A stretch of 64,000 bases of DNA, from NCBI RefSeq assembly GCF_009914755.1, contig NC_060927.1; one strand, given 5' to 3'. This DNA comes from the human T2T-CHM13v2.0 reference genome, Homo sapiens. The notes below the pieces were generated by a model. It did not search any database and had not been told where the DNA came from. It was given only the letters and a program-made list of their open reading frames with translations. Below, one piece after another: positions 1-15,645 of the stretch. How positions within the stretch are numbered: position 1 is the stretch's first letter; the number at the start of each line of letters is the position of its first letter. Made by a program: the position numbers and the translations under genes.

Positions 1-15
1 AGCCACTGTGCCCGG
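1..15 (-). mobile_element. Alu 5' end, cut by window edge
   Basis: agccactgtgcccgg is the reverse complement of the Alu head. Confidence 0.7.
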
Positions 16-127
16 TATTTCCACTTCTTAACTCAACTTCTGCACTTAGTAGGCATTATGATTAGTGAGTATAATTTTAGTATTTATTGATGCAATCAAA
101 GTTATTTTTTTAAAAACAAAAGGGTAG

Positions 128-448
<321 letters not shown>

Positions 449-506
449 TAGGCTCCATTTGTAAGACAAACAACGACAACAACAACAACAAAAACAACCC
501 ACCGTG

Positions 507-921
<415 letters not shown>

Positions 922-1739
922 CTAATTTCTCCATATGCATGACAGTCAATCAATCATCAATCAATCAGGAAACAACCCAGGTGCATTATTAAGTGGCTTC
1001 ACTTTTCAGGTCAGCTGTGCTGGGTTGGCTGCATACAAACATGATTTTAAATTTCTTATTTCCACAGAGAAATTCAAAGACCTACAGTTTATGTATTCAG
1101 AATCCTCATGATGTAGACACACTACTCAAAATACATTGTAGAGATATTAAGAAATACAAGTCACAAGACCAATACAAAATATTAGATGTTCTCCCCCAAA
1201 TTCTTTAGCTTGGGATTTGTTTTTGTTTGCCACGTAGCTTTACTATTGCAGAACAGTTTTGTGATGTGCCTCTTCTTCTAGGACGTGGATTTGTTAAGAA
1301 TCTGCCGCAGTAAGAATATAGGCAGCTATATAAACTGTCCAAGTGAGAACTCCCTTGGTCCAAAAGATTGTCAGCTGTTTTAATTGAATCCATTTATTAG
1401 CCTGTCTCATCAGCACATGCTCCTAAGATTGTGTACAAGAATATGAATACATATCCAGGGCTAGACAATTCATGATTTTGTTATTAAAAGAAAGTCACTG
1501 GTAGAATTCCATCCATAAATATTTGACTAGAATTACAGAGGGACTGGCAGGCTGCATTCATTCAAATTGGCTTTACTGGTCAACTTTTCAGTTGAAGCCT
1601 GTGAGACATTTGCCAAAAAATGAGTGAAAAATCAAGCTCTATCCCAAAGTGTAACTTGGAAGTATCCTAACTATTTGTAGGGCAGGTCTTTAGCTGGTAA
1701 CCCGACCTGGTCAATTCCTTTCTAAAATAGCCCCTGCAT

Positions 1740-1915
1740 CTGTCTCATTTTCTTCATTACTTCTATTACCAGCTGATCCAAGCCTTTATATCTCACCAAG
1801 CAGTTACTGCAACAGTTGCCAACTGGTCCCTGTGCTTCCAGGCTCTCCCAACTTCAATTCAAACTCTGTCAAGGGGACGTTTTTTTAGATCACCACTCCC
1901 CCTTGTTCATTTCTT
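1740..1915 (+). mobile_element. L2 fragment
   Basis: gatccaagcc...ttactgcaacag...aactggtccctgtgcttcc resembles the L2 3' region. Confidence 0.55.
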
Positions 1916-1934
1916 TGTTTAAAAATCTAAGTGC

Positions 1935-2284
1935 AAATTCTGGTATATTGTGATTAACGCTTAAGAATGCCTGTCTTTGAGAGGAAGGTGTTATAATATT
2001 AATGAACAGTGCTAAATACACTGTACGTATCTATAATTTAATCTTTGAATGTATGTTACTGGATTAGCTCCCTCCTCCTTCTGTGTGATGGCATCATGCA
2101 TGGAGTCAATCAAATCCTTGTGATGTTTTGCATGGACTTTGGCAACATGTAAATAATGTGTAAAGCAAGTTTTTATGATGAAGGAATCAAATTTATTGAA
2201 TTTTATTATTGAAAGTTGAAACTTAACATGTATGGACAAAAAACAATAAAAGAATATACTCTTTTCATGGACAACAACAACAAC
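1935..2284 (+). pseudogene. 5'-truncated retrocopy of an mRNA 3'UTR (parent not identified)
   Basis: AATAAA at 2245-2250; degenerate A/(CAA)n tail from 2271; degenerate TSD aaaaatctaagtgc (1921-1934) / aaaactacgtgc (2285-2296); TT/AAAA endonuclease site at 1919-1924. Confidence 0.7.
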
Positions 2285-2483
2285 AAAACTACGTGCCTCG
2301 ATATTGTTTACTGAATCAAGTAGAGATTTTATTTTGAAGCAAGATTATTTATTAGCATAACTAAGACCATATGCCTTGATTAAAAGTAACATAAAAAGTA
2401 GAGAGACTAGGTTCTTTCTAGGAAATGTCAAGGAAGAAAGGCATTAAAGAACTGTGAGAAATGAAAAAGACTGTAGTTCAAAC

Positions 2484-2631
2484 CAGGGTCATCCAGGGCC
2501 TGGTGCTTATATGACTGTGGGAAGGCCTTTTTAAAAAAAAAATTAGAAAGTACATACATACAAAATTAGATGTAGGTCTTGGAAGGAATCAGGGCTTAGG
2601 CTTTATTAGCTTAGTAGTAAATCTACCTCTG
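2484..2631. mobile_element. non-autonomous hAT(Tip100)-like DNA element remnant
   Basis: ends ...ttattagcttagtagtaaatctacctctg; similar to the copy at 13729-13881. Confidence 0.5.
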
Positions 2632-3129
2632 GGTCAAACAAACATGGCCTAATAACTGAGTTTATTTGTTTTGAATATTCATATTTGGATCAAAGTGATA
2701 CAATCATGTGGTATCAACTCAAATTGTGCAGAAAAGTTTATAACAAGATTCTCTGGTCCCCCACCCTCCTCATCCTTAGTTCCAGCCCCAGAGACAACCT
2801 ATTTTAGCTTTATCTTTCCTTTGGTGTTTATCACAAAAGGTTTAGTAATATATGCTCATAATTTTTTTATGATTAATCAAATTTAAATAGTACCTATTGA
2901 CTCATTGCTATGGCATATGAGGATTTATCTTATTTTATGCCACCTCCTCTCAATGTTTGGTAGTAATTATTATTGCTTTTATTATTGTTTAGTAGCTTAG
3001 TCTAGTAACTAGCTTTAATTTTAGTTTTGTGTAATTTAGAAATTGCTCCATGATCTAATTCCACTGTCATTCAATGTGTAGCATTTCTGCTGGTTTCTTT
3101 TGTTGCTTCCCTTGCACACTAGATTCATA

Positions 3130-3535
3130 GTGCCCCTCTCTTCCAGCCCCACCCCCTTTGCCTATTGAAGTCCTTTCCATCCTTCAAAGCCCAGATCAAT
3201 TCTTACCTCATCCATAAATCTCAGCTGTTCCAATAGACTTTGTTATCTCTCTTTGAATGCTTCTCACTTGACTTCTGCAACACGCAATTTAGCACTTAAT
3301 TATAAAGCTTATTGTTTGTTTTTGAGCCCAGCCGCCTCCCCCTCCCTGGAGCCAGTCACTATATCTGTTGCAAGGCTGGCTCTCAATAAGTGTTTATTGA
3401 ACTGAATCATTCTGTTCTCTGTTTCAGATTTGTGAGTCTTACCTGCCTCACTAGATTATAAATGCCACATATTCTTGCATTTTCCCATAGTGTAAAACAT
3501 AGAGTAGGTACTCAATAATAAAAATTGTTGAATAA
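3130..3535 (+). mobile_element. L2 fragments
   Basis: atccttcaaagcccagatc and two L2 3' ends (ctcaataa...ttgaa). Confidence 0.55.
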
Positions 3536-4389
3536 TTCTGATCTTTTGCTTCATCCACATTATCTTGTAGCATTTCTCCTGCATTTACTGGAAGGTAGGA
3601 GAGGGTAAGTGAAAGCATACTATTTAGTTTTAACTCTGGGCCATATTTTTAAAAATATATTTTATCTACCTTTTCTTCGTGAGCGTAATTCTTTTTCCTC
3701 ATTCACTCACTGAGTTCCCAAGAAGGTTGTTAAATATGGCTTAAAAATTATCCTTCAAGGCAGTTTTTGTGTGCAGAAAAGATTACTGAGTTTTTTCGCT
3801 TTAAAAATTAATAATCAATTAATTAATGTTACAAATCCACACATGTAGTTCTTTTTAAGCTTTTAAGTTCAGTTTATAAATCTTATTTTTCTGTTTATAA
3901 ATCGAGCAAATTTTAACAATCATTTTTAAAGCAGCCTTTGACTAATATTTGGTCCTTTTCACAAACTTAAATAAACAGCCTGGAACACTTTAAATTTCAT
4001 TTATGATTTAAATGTGCTTGATTTTCCTTTTATAGACTTTAGTTGCTTGCTTTAGCTAACAGACCTTTTCTAAGTATTTAAATAACTGTTGTAAATCTAA
4101 CAAATCAAATTCAGCTATGGGAACACTAAAATCTCTTAAATCTTCCAATATTATATCATTAAAATTGTGTAAATCTAAACTCTAAATCAATAACTCAATC
4201 ATATATTTTAAGGTGGAATTACAGGGCTGAACTGTTACATGAAGAGGCCAAAGTCTCATGTGACTTTTTAAATTCCAAATATTCACATATCCCTTAATAA
4301 CAAAATTATAAAGATTACAGGTTTTTTTTTTTATTAAGCATTTATCAACTCAATTTCCAAAATTTATGGGAATTAAAGGATGCTTATCT

Positions 4390-4532
4390 GGCTGGTCATG
4401 ATAGCACATGCCTGTAATCCCAGCACTTTGGGAGGCCGAGATGGGAGGATTGCTTGAGGCCAGGAGTTTGAGACCAGCCTGGTCAACACAGTGAGACCGT
4501 GTCTCTATAAAAATGTCAAAAAAATTTTTTTA
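4390..4532 (+). mobile_element. Alu left monomer (FLAM_C-like)
   Basis: single monomer with tail; TSD aaaggatgcttatct (4375-4389) / aaaagatgcttatct (4533-4547). Confidence 0.88.
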
Positions 4533-4596
4533 AAAAGATGCTTATCTATTATGAAGCAAATGTATTACCCTGATGAATTTTGAGGATTGCCCTCAG

Positions 4597-4938
4597 TCTT
4601 AGTCAGTTCCAGCTGCTATAACAAATTGCCATAGACTGGGTGTGTTAAATAACAGAAACTTTTCTCACAGTTCTGGAGCTGGAAATCTAAGATCATGGCA
4701 CCAGCATAGTAAGGGTCTTGGCAAAGGTCGTCTTCCTGGTTTACAGACGACAGTGTTTTCATTGTACCCTCACTTGGTGGAGAAAGAGATCATTTCTCTA
4801 ATGTCTCTTATAAAGTCACCAATCCCATTCATAATCTAATTACCTACCTAAGGCCCCACCTTTAAAATATCATCACATTGGAGATTTAGGCCTCAACATA
4901 TGAATTTTGGAGGGACACAAAATACTTAGTTTGCATCA
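4597..4938 (-). mobile_element. MaLR solo LTR (MLT1A/MST-like)
   Basis: gctgctataacaaa..ccatagactggg..ctcacagttctggag..tcaacatatgaattttgg. Confidence 0.82.
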
Positions 4939-5754
4939 CCTTTCTACTTGATTATGGGAGTTGCCTTCTTGGCTTGTTGAAGGCACTTAATGCCTGGAGA
5001 AGATGGCCTGGGTATTAGTAGAGTGTCGTGTAGAACTAAAATGTTCTGGCAGGCTTCTTTTCATAGTTGCTGGGTAAATGGCCTCCATTTGGGGTGATCC
5101 GATGTCCACTAGGTTCGACTGAAGCTTTTCCTAGTTTTGTCTGTCAGGGAAGTCTGCTACTTAACTGGCTTTTAGATATGCAATCTGCAATATCTAATTG
5201 TACCAAGTTAAGGCAAGGGCTCAGGAAGCAGCCATGCTGGACTGGATTTTTCATTTTTTTGGCTCTTAAGATACGTAAATTGTAAGATCACAAATCTTAA
5301 GATCTGAACCTTAAATTGTAGATCTTTGCATCCAACTCTTATAATCTTTGAACTGGATAGAATTAGGCATTCTTTTAATATGTTTCTTGTCTAAAAAAAG
5401 CCACAAGTTTTACACATTAAAATATTATCCAGTTGAATTAGGAATGTCTCTTGGCTTTGACTGGCACAGCAGTCACAGTGTCTGAGCACGTTCTATTACT
5501 AGATGTGAACTGGGCATAGGTTTATGAAATAAAATCTAGAAATGGGCACTGTACAAACCAATGATTATTACTTGCTCTGATTCACCCGTGCTGCAGTGGG
5601 GAACAGAAAACTAACAGCAGAGCAGGATGCCGCCCCAGCTAAGCCTGTTATAACTATAGAAAGTCTACAAAAGGACAGAGGCAGGCTTCCTCTGGGACTT
5701 CATCTAGAGGTCAGGAAAGAGGCTTCTATCTTACAGGGTAATTTTCATAGTATG

Positions 5755-5860
5755 GGGTTCCTGTCTGCCTTGTTTAGGGTAATATCCTCAATGCCCAGAA
5801 CAATGCATTGCAAGCCATTAATAAAAATATTCTGAATGGATGGATTGATGGATGGATGGC
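5755..5860 (+). mobile_element. L2 3' end with (GGAT)n tail
   Basis: aatgcccagaacaatgc...tgaatggatggat. Confidence 0.6.
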
Positions 5861-6039
5861 AGGCTGTACCAGGCAGGCCCTCTCCTGTGCATGTAAAGGA
5901 CATGTGTAGAGGAGATTGTTTATATAGCTACCATTTGACATGGAGCTAGAACCCAGTAAACTGCAAAATTCACGAGTGGAGCAGAAGCAGCTGGTTTACT
6001 CAGAAATACCTGAGATGTTTTTATAAACACTCAAGGTAA

Positions 6040-6394
<355 letters not shown>

Positions 6395-7117
6395 ACAAAG
6401 AGGCTTGAATGATGTGATGAGTATGATATGTGAATCACAATTTTAAAAAGCGATCATGGTTCAGTCATTTTCTGATATTTTCTTATGGGCATGGACGAGT
6501 GTAACCTATGCCTGTGACACCAATGAGGACAGACAGGCAAGCAGGATGCCCTGTTCTTGCTTGTGATAACTGAAATAGCAAGTTTCCAGTCTGGTTTTCT
6601 CCCTAGGCTCTCTTAAATGCCATCATAAGTATCACTGCAGACAAGGAGCAAACTGGGTATAGAGATTGTCTCCAACACAGCAGATGGATTCCTGTTTTCT
6701 TACTATATTCACTGCTGTATCATTATGGGGGAAAGCAGTTGAACAAGGAGCAGACATACGAAATAAAGTCTTTGTTACCTATAGGCAAATAAGTACATTA
6801 ATTTTGTGAGATGTTTCGAGAAGAGGAATGATAGGAATCACATCCTAGTGTGTGTGGGTATGGGAGACAGATTAAAAGGCATTCCTAGGAGGAGCAAAGA
6901 TTTCAGGAGCTACTAAATGATAAAATGTGAGATCCTAATCAGAAAGATGGTACTTTATGTATAGGATTGAGCCTGAGAAAAATTATGGAAGGGTTGTATG
7001 AGTGATTTGGAGGGGGAGGGGATTGGAAAGTACAGAGGGGACTCCTGGGGAACGAGAGAACTTGCTTTTGTTCAGAAGCATTAGTCTTTAATGTTGAGGG
7101 CATTTGAAAAGACCTAG

Positions 7118-7770
<653 letters not shown>

Positions 7771-8224
7771 AAGTATTTTTCTTTTTTTTCTTTGAGCATC
7801 AGTTGCATGCACGGCACTGAAACATTCTGTGTTTTTCCCCTTTTGTTTCATGTTCATGGTTGCTTCTCCTGAACGTGCACAGATGAGAAAAGAGGAGTTA
7901 GACTATGTCTGCATATCTTTGGCCATTTTTTATCAAGGGGGCACAGATAGTCAAAGACTGAGCCAGCCTTGAAAAACAATGCATTTGTGGACTCTCCTCT
8001 ATCACTATTTTTATTCCTATAAACGAAAACTTCAGTACTATGATACAGTAGCTATAACGTTCCCTACAGCTCTTCACAATATGGCAATTACTGAAATGGT
8101 TTCTTTCTCATTATGCAGCCCCAAAGCAGTGAGATCATGAGGTAGGCAGCAAGAGAAAACAATATTTAATTTGTCCTAAAGGACAGGTGCCATGGGAATA
8201 AAAATATTCTCCTTTCCCCTGAGG

Positions 8225-8645
8225 TTTAAATACGTGGACACAACCAAAAAATGCAGGAGTGATACTGCACACCAAACAAGCCCGAACGTAATCGCCTAAT
8301 TAAATCATTTTCATCTAATGAATATAAGCAACAAAATAAACTGGCATAGCAGCGAGTCAGGGAGTGATTCCAATGGAAGCAACTGCAGAGGTGGTGTGGC
8401 CGTGCCGGGACTTGCAGAGCTTTTCTGCTTATTTTCAAGTGACGCCCGTGTTGGCACCTTAGCTCCAGGTGAGTGGGTCTGAGAAGGCGGCTCTGTCTGG
8501 CAGTCTCCCAAACAGGGTTGGACTTCCTATGCACCTTCACCTTTTGCCTGGGGAAAGCTGGGTTTTACCCGAGAATGCTGGGGAACATAGGCTGGGCTAA
8601 GTGTGTTCCCTAGGGCTATATAGGGGTTTCCCCCGCTGGCCTGGA
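8225..8645 (+). promoter_or_regulatory. candidate promoter/first exon or enhancer
   Basis: non-repeat segment with about 12 CpGs; TACGTG about 8230; CCAAT about 8370; TGACG about 8440; perfect donor CAG|GTGAGT at 8468/8469; GGGGTTTCCC at 8623-8632. Confidence 0.4.
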
Positions 8646-8857
8646 GTTTGTCAATAATATTTACAAAGACAAATCCCAGGTTCCTTGATCTTGATAACGG
8701 TAGATGGAAAAAGTTTATGGTGTTATTCTGTGTTGCTTTAACATGAGATCAACAATGAGTTGCCTTCCGTCTCAAGATGATAAGGGATATTTTGGAAACA
8801 TTTTGAGAACAATTTTTTAGCCTTTACCATCTTGTTTGACTTCTCCCTTTAAAACTA

Positions 8858-9259
<402 letters not shown>

Positions 9260-9309
9260 TTACAATGGAAGAAACAGTGATTTTGGAACTATTCTGACAT
9301 GTATTGACT

Positions 9310-9430
9310 GACAACTGGATTCTACCACTCACTGGTTCTGTGACCATGGACAAGTTCAGATTCCTCGTCTGTAAAATGGGAATGATAAAGCAGATTCAAT
9401 GAGACAGTGTATGAAACGTGTAGATAGAGC
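9310..9430 (+). mobile_element. MIR
   Basis: tgtgaccatggacaagtt..ttcctcgtctgtaaaatggg core. Confidence 0.75.
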
Positions 9431-9626
9431 TGTTCTTCAAGGAAGATCGGTTTCCTTGGCTGGGAGGTGCATACTCTATTTACGGACGGACATCCCTTAC
9501 TTTCTAGATGCTTCTGTGACAGGGGATTCCCATCTTGTCACGTAGGCAGGAAAGTCCCTTCTTACTATGTGGATTCTAGGGGTGTGAGAAGATTTCTTTT
9601 CTCACCACTGTGGCAGTGAGGGTTAG

Positions 9627-9964
<338 letters not shown>

Positions 9965-10512
9965 TTAATACTGATGGAAAAGAGGGGAAAGAAAGGGTGG
10001 AAAAAGTCACTTCTGGGAAATGTAGTGCAGAGCTTGATGGGAGTGGAGGCAGACTCCGTTCTTGCCATGTGTTTTGTGCTTCTGAAGGGGAGAGGGCTGG
10101 TCTATTTCTAGTGCATATTTCACTATAGGCTGACTCCTCCCTGTCTTGTGCTGTTTCCCACTTACCCCCCACACATCTTTTAAAATCGGTAATATCAACA
10201 CTTCCCTGGGTTCTTGCTCCTGTACCTCTCCTCTTTTTAGCCATTAATCTTCATTTGTGTTTGCAGAATATGCCAGTAATGTGGAAACAATCTTATTTCT
10301 AGCTAAGGGAGATTTGAGAAACTTTGCTTCGGCTCTCATATATAACACACAGGAAAGTCACAACCCTCACCCTTGTGGAGTCTGCTGCCTAGTGGACAGA
10401 AGTGAATATATGGGCACAGGTGTGAGGGAGGAGAAGCCTTGGGCCTTTGGGCAGCCAGGCGACTTACAAAAGAAGACGCAGAGTTGACAGTTGGATTTAA
10501 AGTGTTTGTGCC

Positions 10513-11008
<496 letters not shown>

Positions 11009-11078
11009 ACTGCTCTACTCTTCTTTCCCTTTCCTTTTCTCCTCTCTCCTTCCTTTTTTTTTTTTTTTAACTGTAATC

Positions 11079-11603
<525 letters not shown>

Positions 11604-11699
11604 TAGAGACCAAGTTAGCAAAGCAGACTGAGAGGTGAGATTAGCACAGAAACTGGGAGAAGAGGGGGTACTTAGGTGTTTGGTATAAATGGAGCCTTC

Positions 11700-12600
<901 letters not shown>

Positions 12601-12626
12601 TATATTTTTGTATACTTTGTATTTTT

Positions 12627-12975
12627 TATTTATATTTTATATTTATTATTTTAAATATATATTATTTATAATTATTTATTATAGATATTTATTATATAAA
12701 ATATTTATAATATATTTTAAAAATGTATTTTAACATATAATATATTAATATAATAATATATAATATAATTAATATATAATACAGTAATATAATATATAAT
12801 ATAATAATTATATTATATATAGTAGTCTACATAATTATTATATTATTTATAATAATACTCTATATAATTATTATATTATATAATAATATTCTATATAATT
12901 ATTATATTATATAATAATATTCTATATAATTATTATATTATATATAATAATAGTCTATATAACTGTATATAATAT
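12627..12975. repeat. AT-rich low-complexity tract with a minisatellite of about 31-33 bp
   Basis: about 4 copies of tctatataattattatattatataataatat at about 12826-12962. Confidence 0.9.
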
Positions 12976-13317
12976 AACATTAGAAATAGATGCAGGTGTA
13001 AGAGGTTGGGAACTAGAAAAATACATCTTTCAGAGCCTGCTTTCAGCAAAAATACAAAGTATACAAAATACATAATATATAAAAAAATATAAATATAAAT
13101 ATATAAATATATAAAAATATATTTATATATTATATATAAAATATAAAATGCATATAAATATATTATGTAAATATAAATATTATATAATATATTTATATGT
13201 ATTTTAAATATATATTTTATATATTTTTGTATCCCTTGTATTTTTGCTGAAAACAGCCTCTGAAAGATGTATTTTTCTAGTTCCCAACCGCTTACACCTG
13301 CATCTATTTCTAATGTT
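12976..13317. repeat. inverted repeat, 82-bp arms with AT-rich spacer
   Basis: 12976-13057 is the reverse complement of 13236-13317 with 3 mismatches. Confidence 0.95.
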
Positions 13318-13728
13318 TGCCAGCCAAATCTCTTGCTAGCTCCATTTTTTTAAAATTAACATTTATTCTCAACATGCCGAAAAATAGCTTCTGTTGCTTT
13401 GACAAGGTTGCTAATGAATCTTCATGATGCTGACTGAACAGGATTCTTTTTTAGTTTTTTTTTCAAACTTCATGCTTTATTTTGAGACTATTTACCAACC
13501 ACTTCTTTCTGAAACTTTCTACTGCCTGGTATGTTTGACAAAATTCTTTCCTGATATCCTCCTAACTCTCTGATTATATTCTAAATATCTCCTTCCTAAT
13601 CCCTTTCCTCTTTCTCTCCTCATGGTGTGAATATATTGACATTTGCAGGTTTCCATTCTTACACCACTGCTCTTTTCATTCTATACAGTCTCCTCAGAAA
13701 ATCTCATCTACTCTTATTTAAATTTTAC

Positions 13729-13881
13729 CCAGGGGTACATAAAATTTTATGGAGTCTGAAGCTTATAAAATTTTGGAGCTTCTCTGTAAGAAAAATATAT
13801 AAAATTAAGTACAAGTCCTCATCTTGGAAGTAAGGGGCATGAAAGTTAAACTTCATTAAAATTACAGTAAATGTCCCTCTG
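13729..13881. mobile_element. hAT(Tip100)-like remnant
   Basis: caggggt...ctgaagcttata...cttcattaaaattacagtaaatgtccctctg. Confidence 0.5.
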
Positions 13882-14003
13882 TCTATATTTCCCAAGTTGG
13901 AATATGTTTTTTGACCTCTTTCCTAAAGGTTCCTTTAAGATTTGTAAATGAAATTATTTATTGAACTTATCTGTCCCACAGTGGGACTTAAGATGTCCTA
14001 CAG

Positions 14004-14513
14004 TATGGAGGTTTCAAAACATGGCTGCAAAACTATATGAAATGCCTCCTATTGAGAAGTGGGGTCTATGCCTCTCGTTTTGAGCCTGGGCTTTATGACT
14101 GCTTGATCAGTAGAATATAGTGCAAGTAATATGGTGTCAGGTTCAAGCCTCGAGAAGCTGATGGCTTCCATTTGCTGTGTTTTGGGATGTTTGCTTTTGG
14201 ACCCCGGACACCATGCTGTGAAAAAGTCAGAGAGCCACATGGAGAACCCACATATAGGTGTTGGAGCAGACAGCCTGGCAGAGGTCCCAGCAGGCGGCCA
14301 GCACCAACTTGCCAGCTGTGTGCGAGTGAGCTGTCTTGGAACTGGAGCATCCAGCTTCAGGTCAAGCTGCCCTGATTGATACCACATGGAGTCGAGGTGA
14401 GATTTCCCCACTGAGCTCGGCCCAAATTGCTAATTGGTAAGATAAATGTGATTGCTATTTTAAAACCTTGAGTTTTGGGGTGGTTCGTCACGCAACACTA
14501 GATAGCTAGAACA
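14004..14513 (+). mobile_element. MLT1 (F/G-like) MaLR solo LTR
   Basis: ends ..ttttggggtggttcgtcacgcaacactagatagctagaaca; 5-bp TSD tacag/cacag. Confidence 0.85.
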
Positions 14514-14845
14514 CACAGACACCTCAACTTGTTCCTTCCCCTATGTGTCTAATCATAATTAATGATGGTGTCAGTGACACTGTTACCCATACATTATGTG
14601 AGCATTTACTCTAATTTTTCCTATTCCCTCATATCTAATTAATCACTAAGTTAGGTAGTTTCAGATTTTACTTCTTACATATTTCTCCCATCTACTTCTT
14701 CTCTATCCTTTTGTTAGTAGTGCCCTCTGTATCTTTTAATGTTTTGCAGGAGACTCGTAATGTATTTTCCCGTATTTGTCTTTGCCCTGCTCAAAATTGA
14801 CTTCCTGCACTACCACAAAAATGTCCATGAAATGAATTCTAACTA

Positions 14846-15214
<369 letters not shown>

Positions 15215-15480
15215 TCAGCTGAAGAAAGACCTGAGTTTGCCCATTTGAATATTGCAACACTAACACGTAGATACATTCTTAAACAGTTTCCTATAGGCAT
15301 CCTAACCTTCATCTAGCTCTCATCCCTGCCCCACTAAACAACCACAATAACAATATTTTGCCTACAAAGGATTAAAATGCAAACTGCCTTGGATTTCCAA
15401 TAGGTCAGTGGTAAAAAATAATAAAAAAACTCAATAGAATAATATCTTTGGGATTTGAGGGGGTACAGTTAGTCAACATT

Positions 15481-15645
15481 TTTTTTTTAATTTGTTTTGT
15501 TTTGAGATAAGGTCTCACTGTTACCTAGGCTGAAGTGCAGTGTCACAATCTTGGCTCTCTGAAGCCTCAAATTCCATGCTCAGGTGATCCTCCCACCTTA
15601 GCTTCCTGAATAGCTAGGACTACAGGTGTGCACCACCATGCCTGG
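15481..15645 (-). mobile_element. Alu right monomer (FRAM or truncated AluJ)
   Basis: single arm; TSD agtcaacatttt / agccaacatttt. Confidence 0.85.

Larger units (their letters stand above)
13390..14840 (+). mobile_element. L2 remnant, interrupted by a hAT-like element and an MLT1 LTR
   Basis: L2 motifs: caaggttgctaatga, tttgacaaaattctttcctg, agatgtcc...acacctcaact. Confidence 0.55.

Noticed and set aside
12826-12962. Regularly spaced repeats as a CRISPR-like array
   Set aside because: Head-to-tail AT minisatellite without unique spacers, in primate DNA with no cas genes; the same applies to the SVA VNTR
14049-14411. Four overlapping ORFs
   Set aside because: All lie within an MLT1 solo LTR
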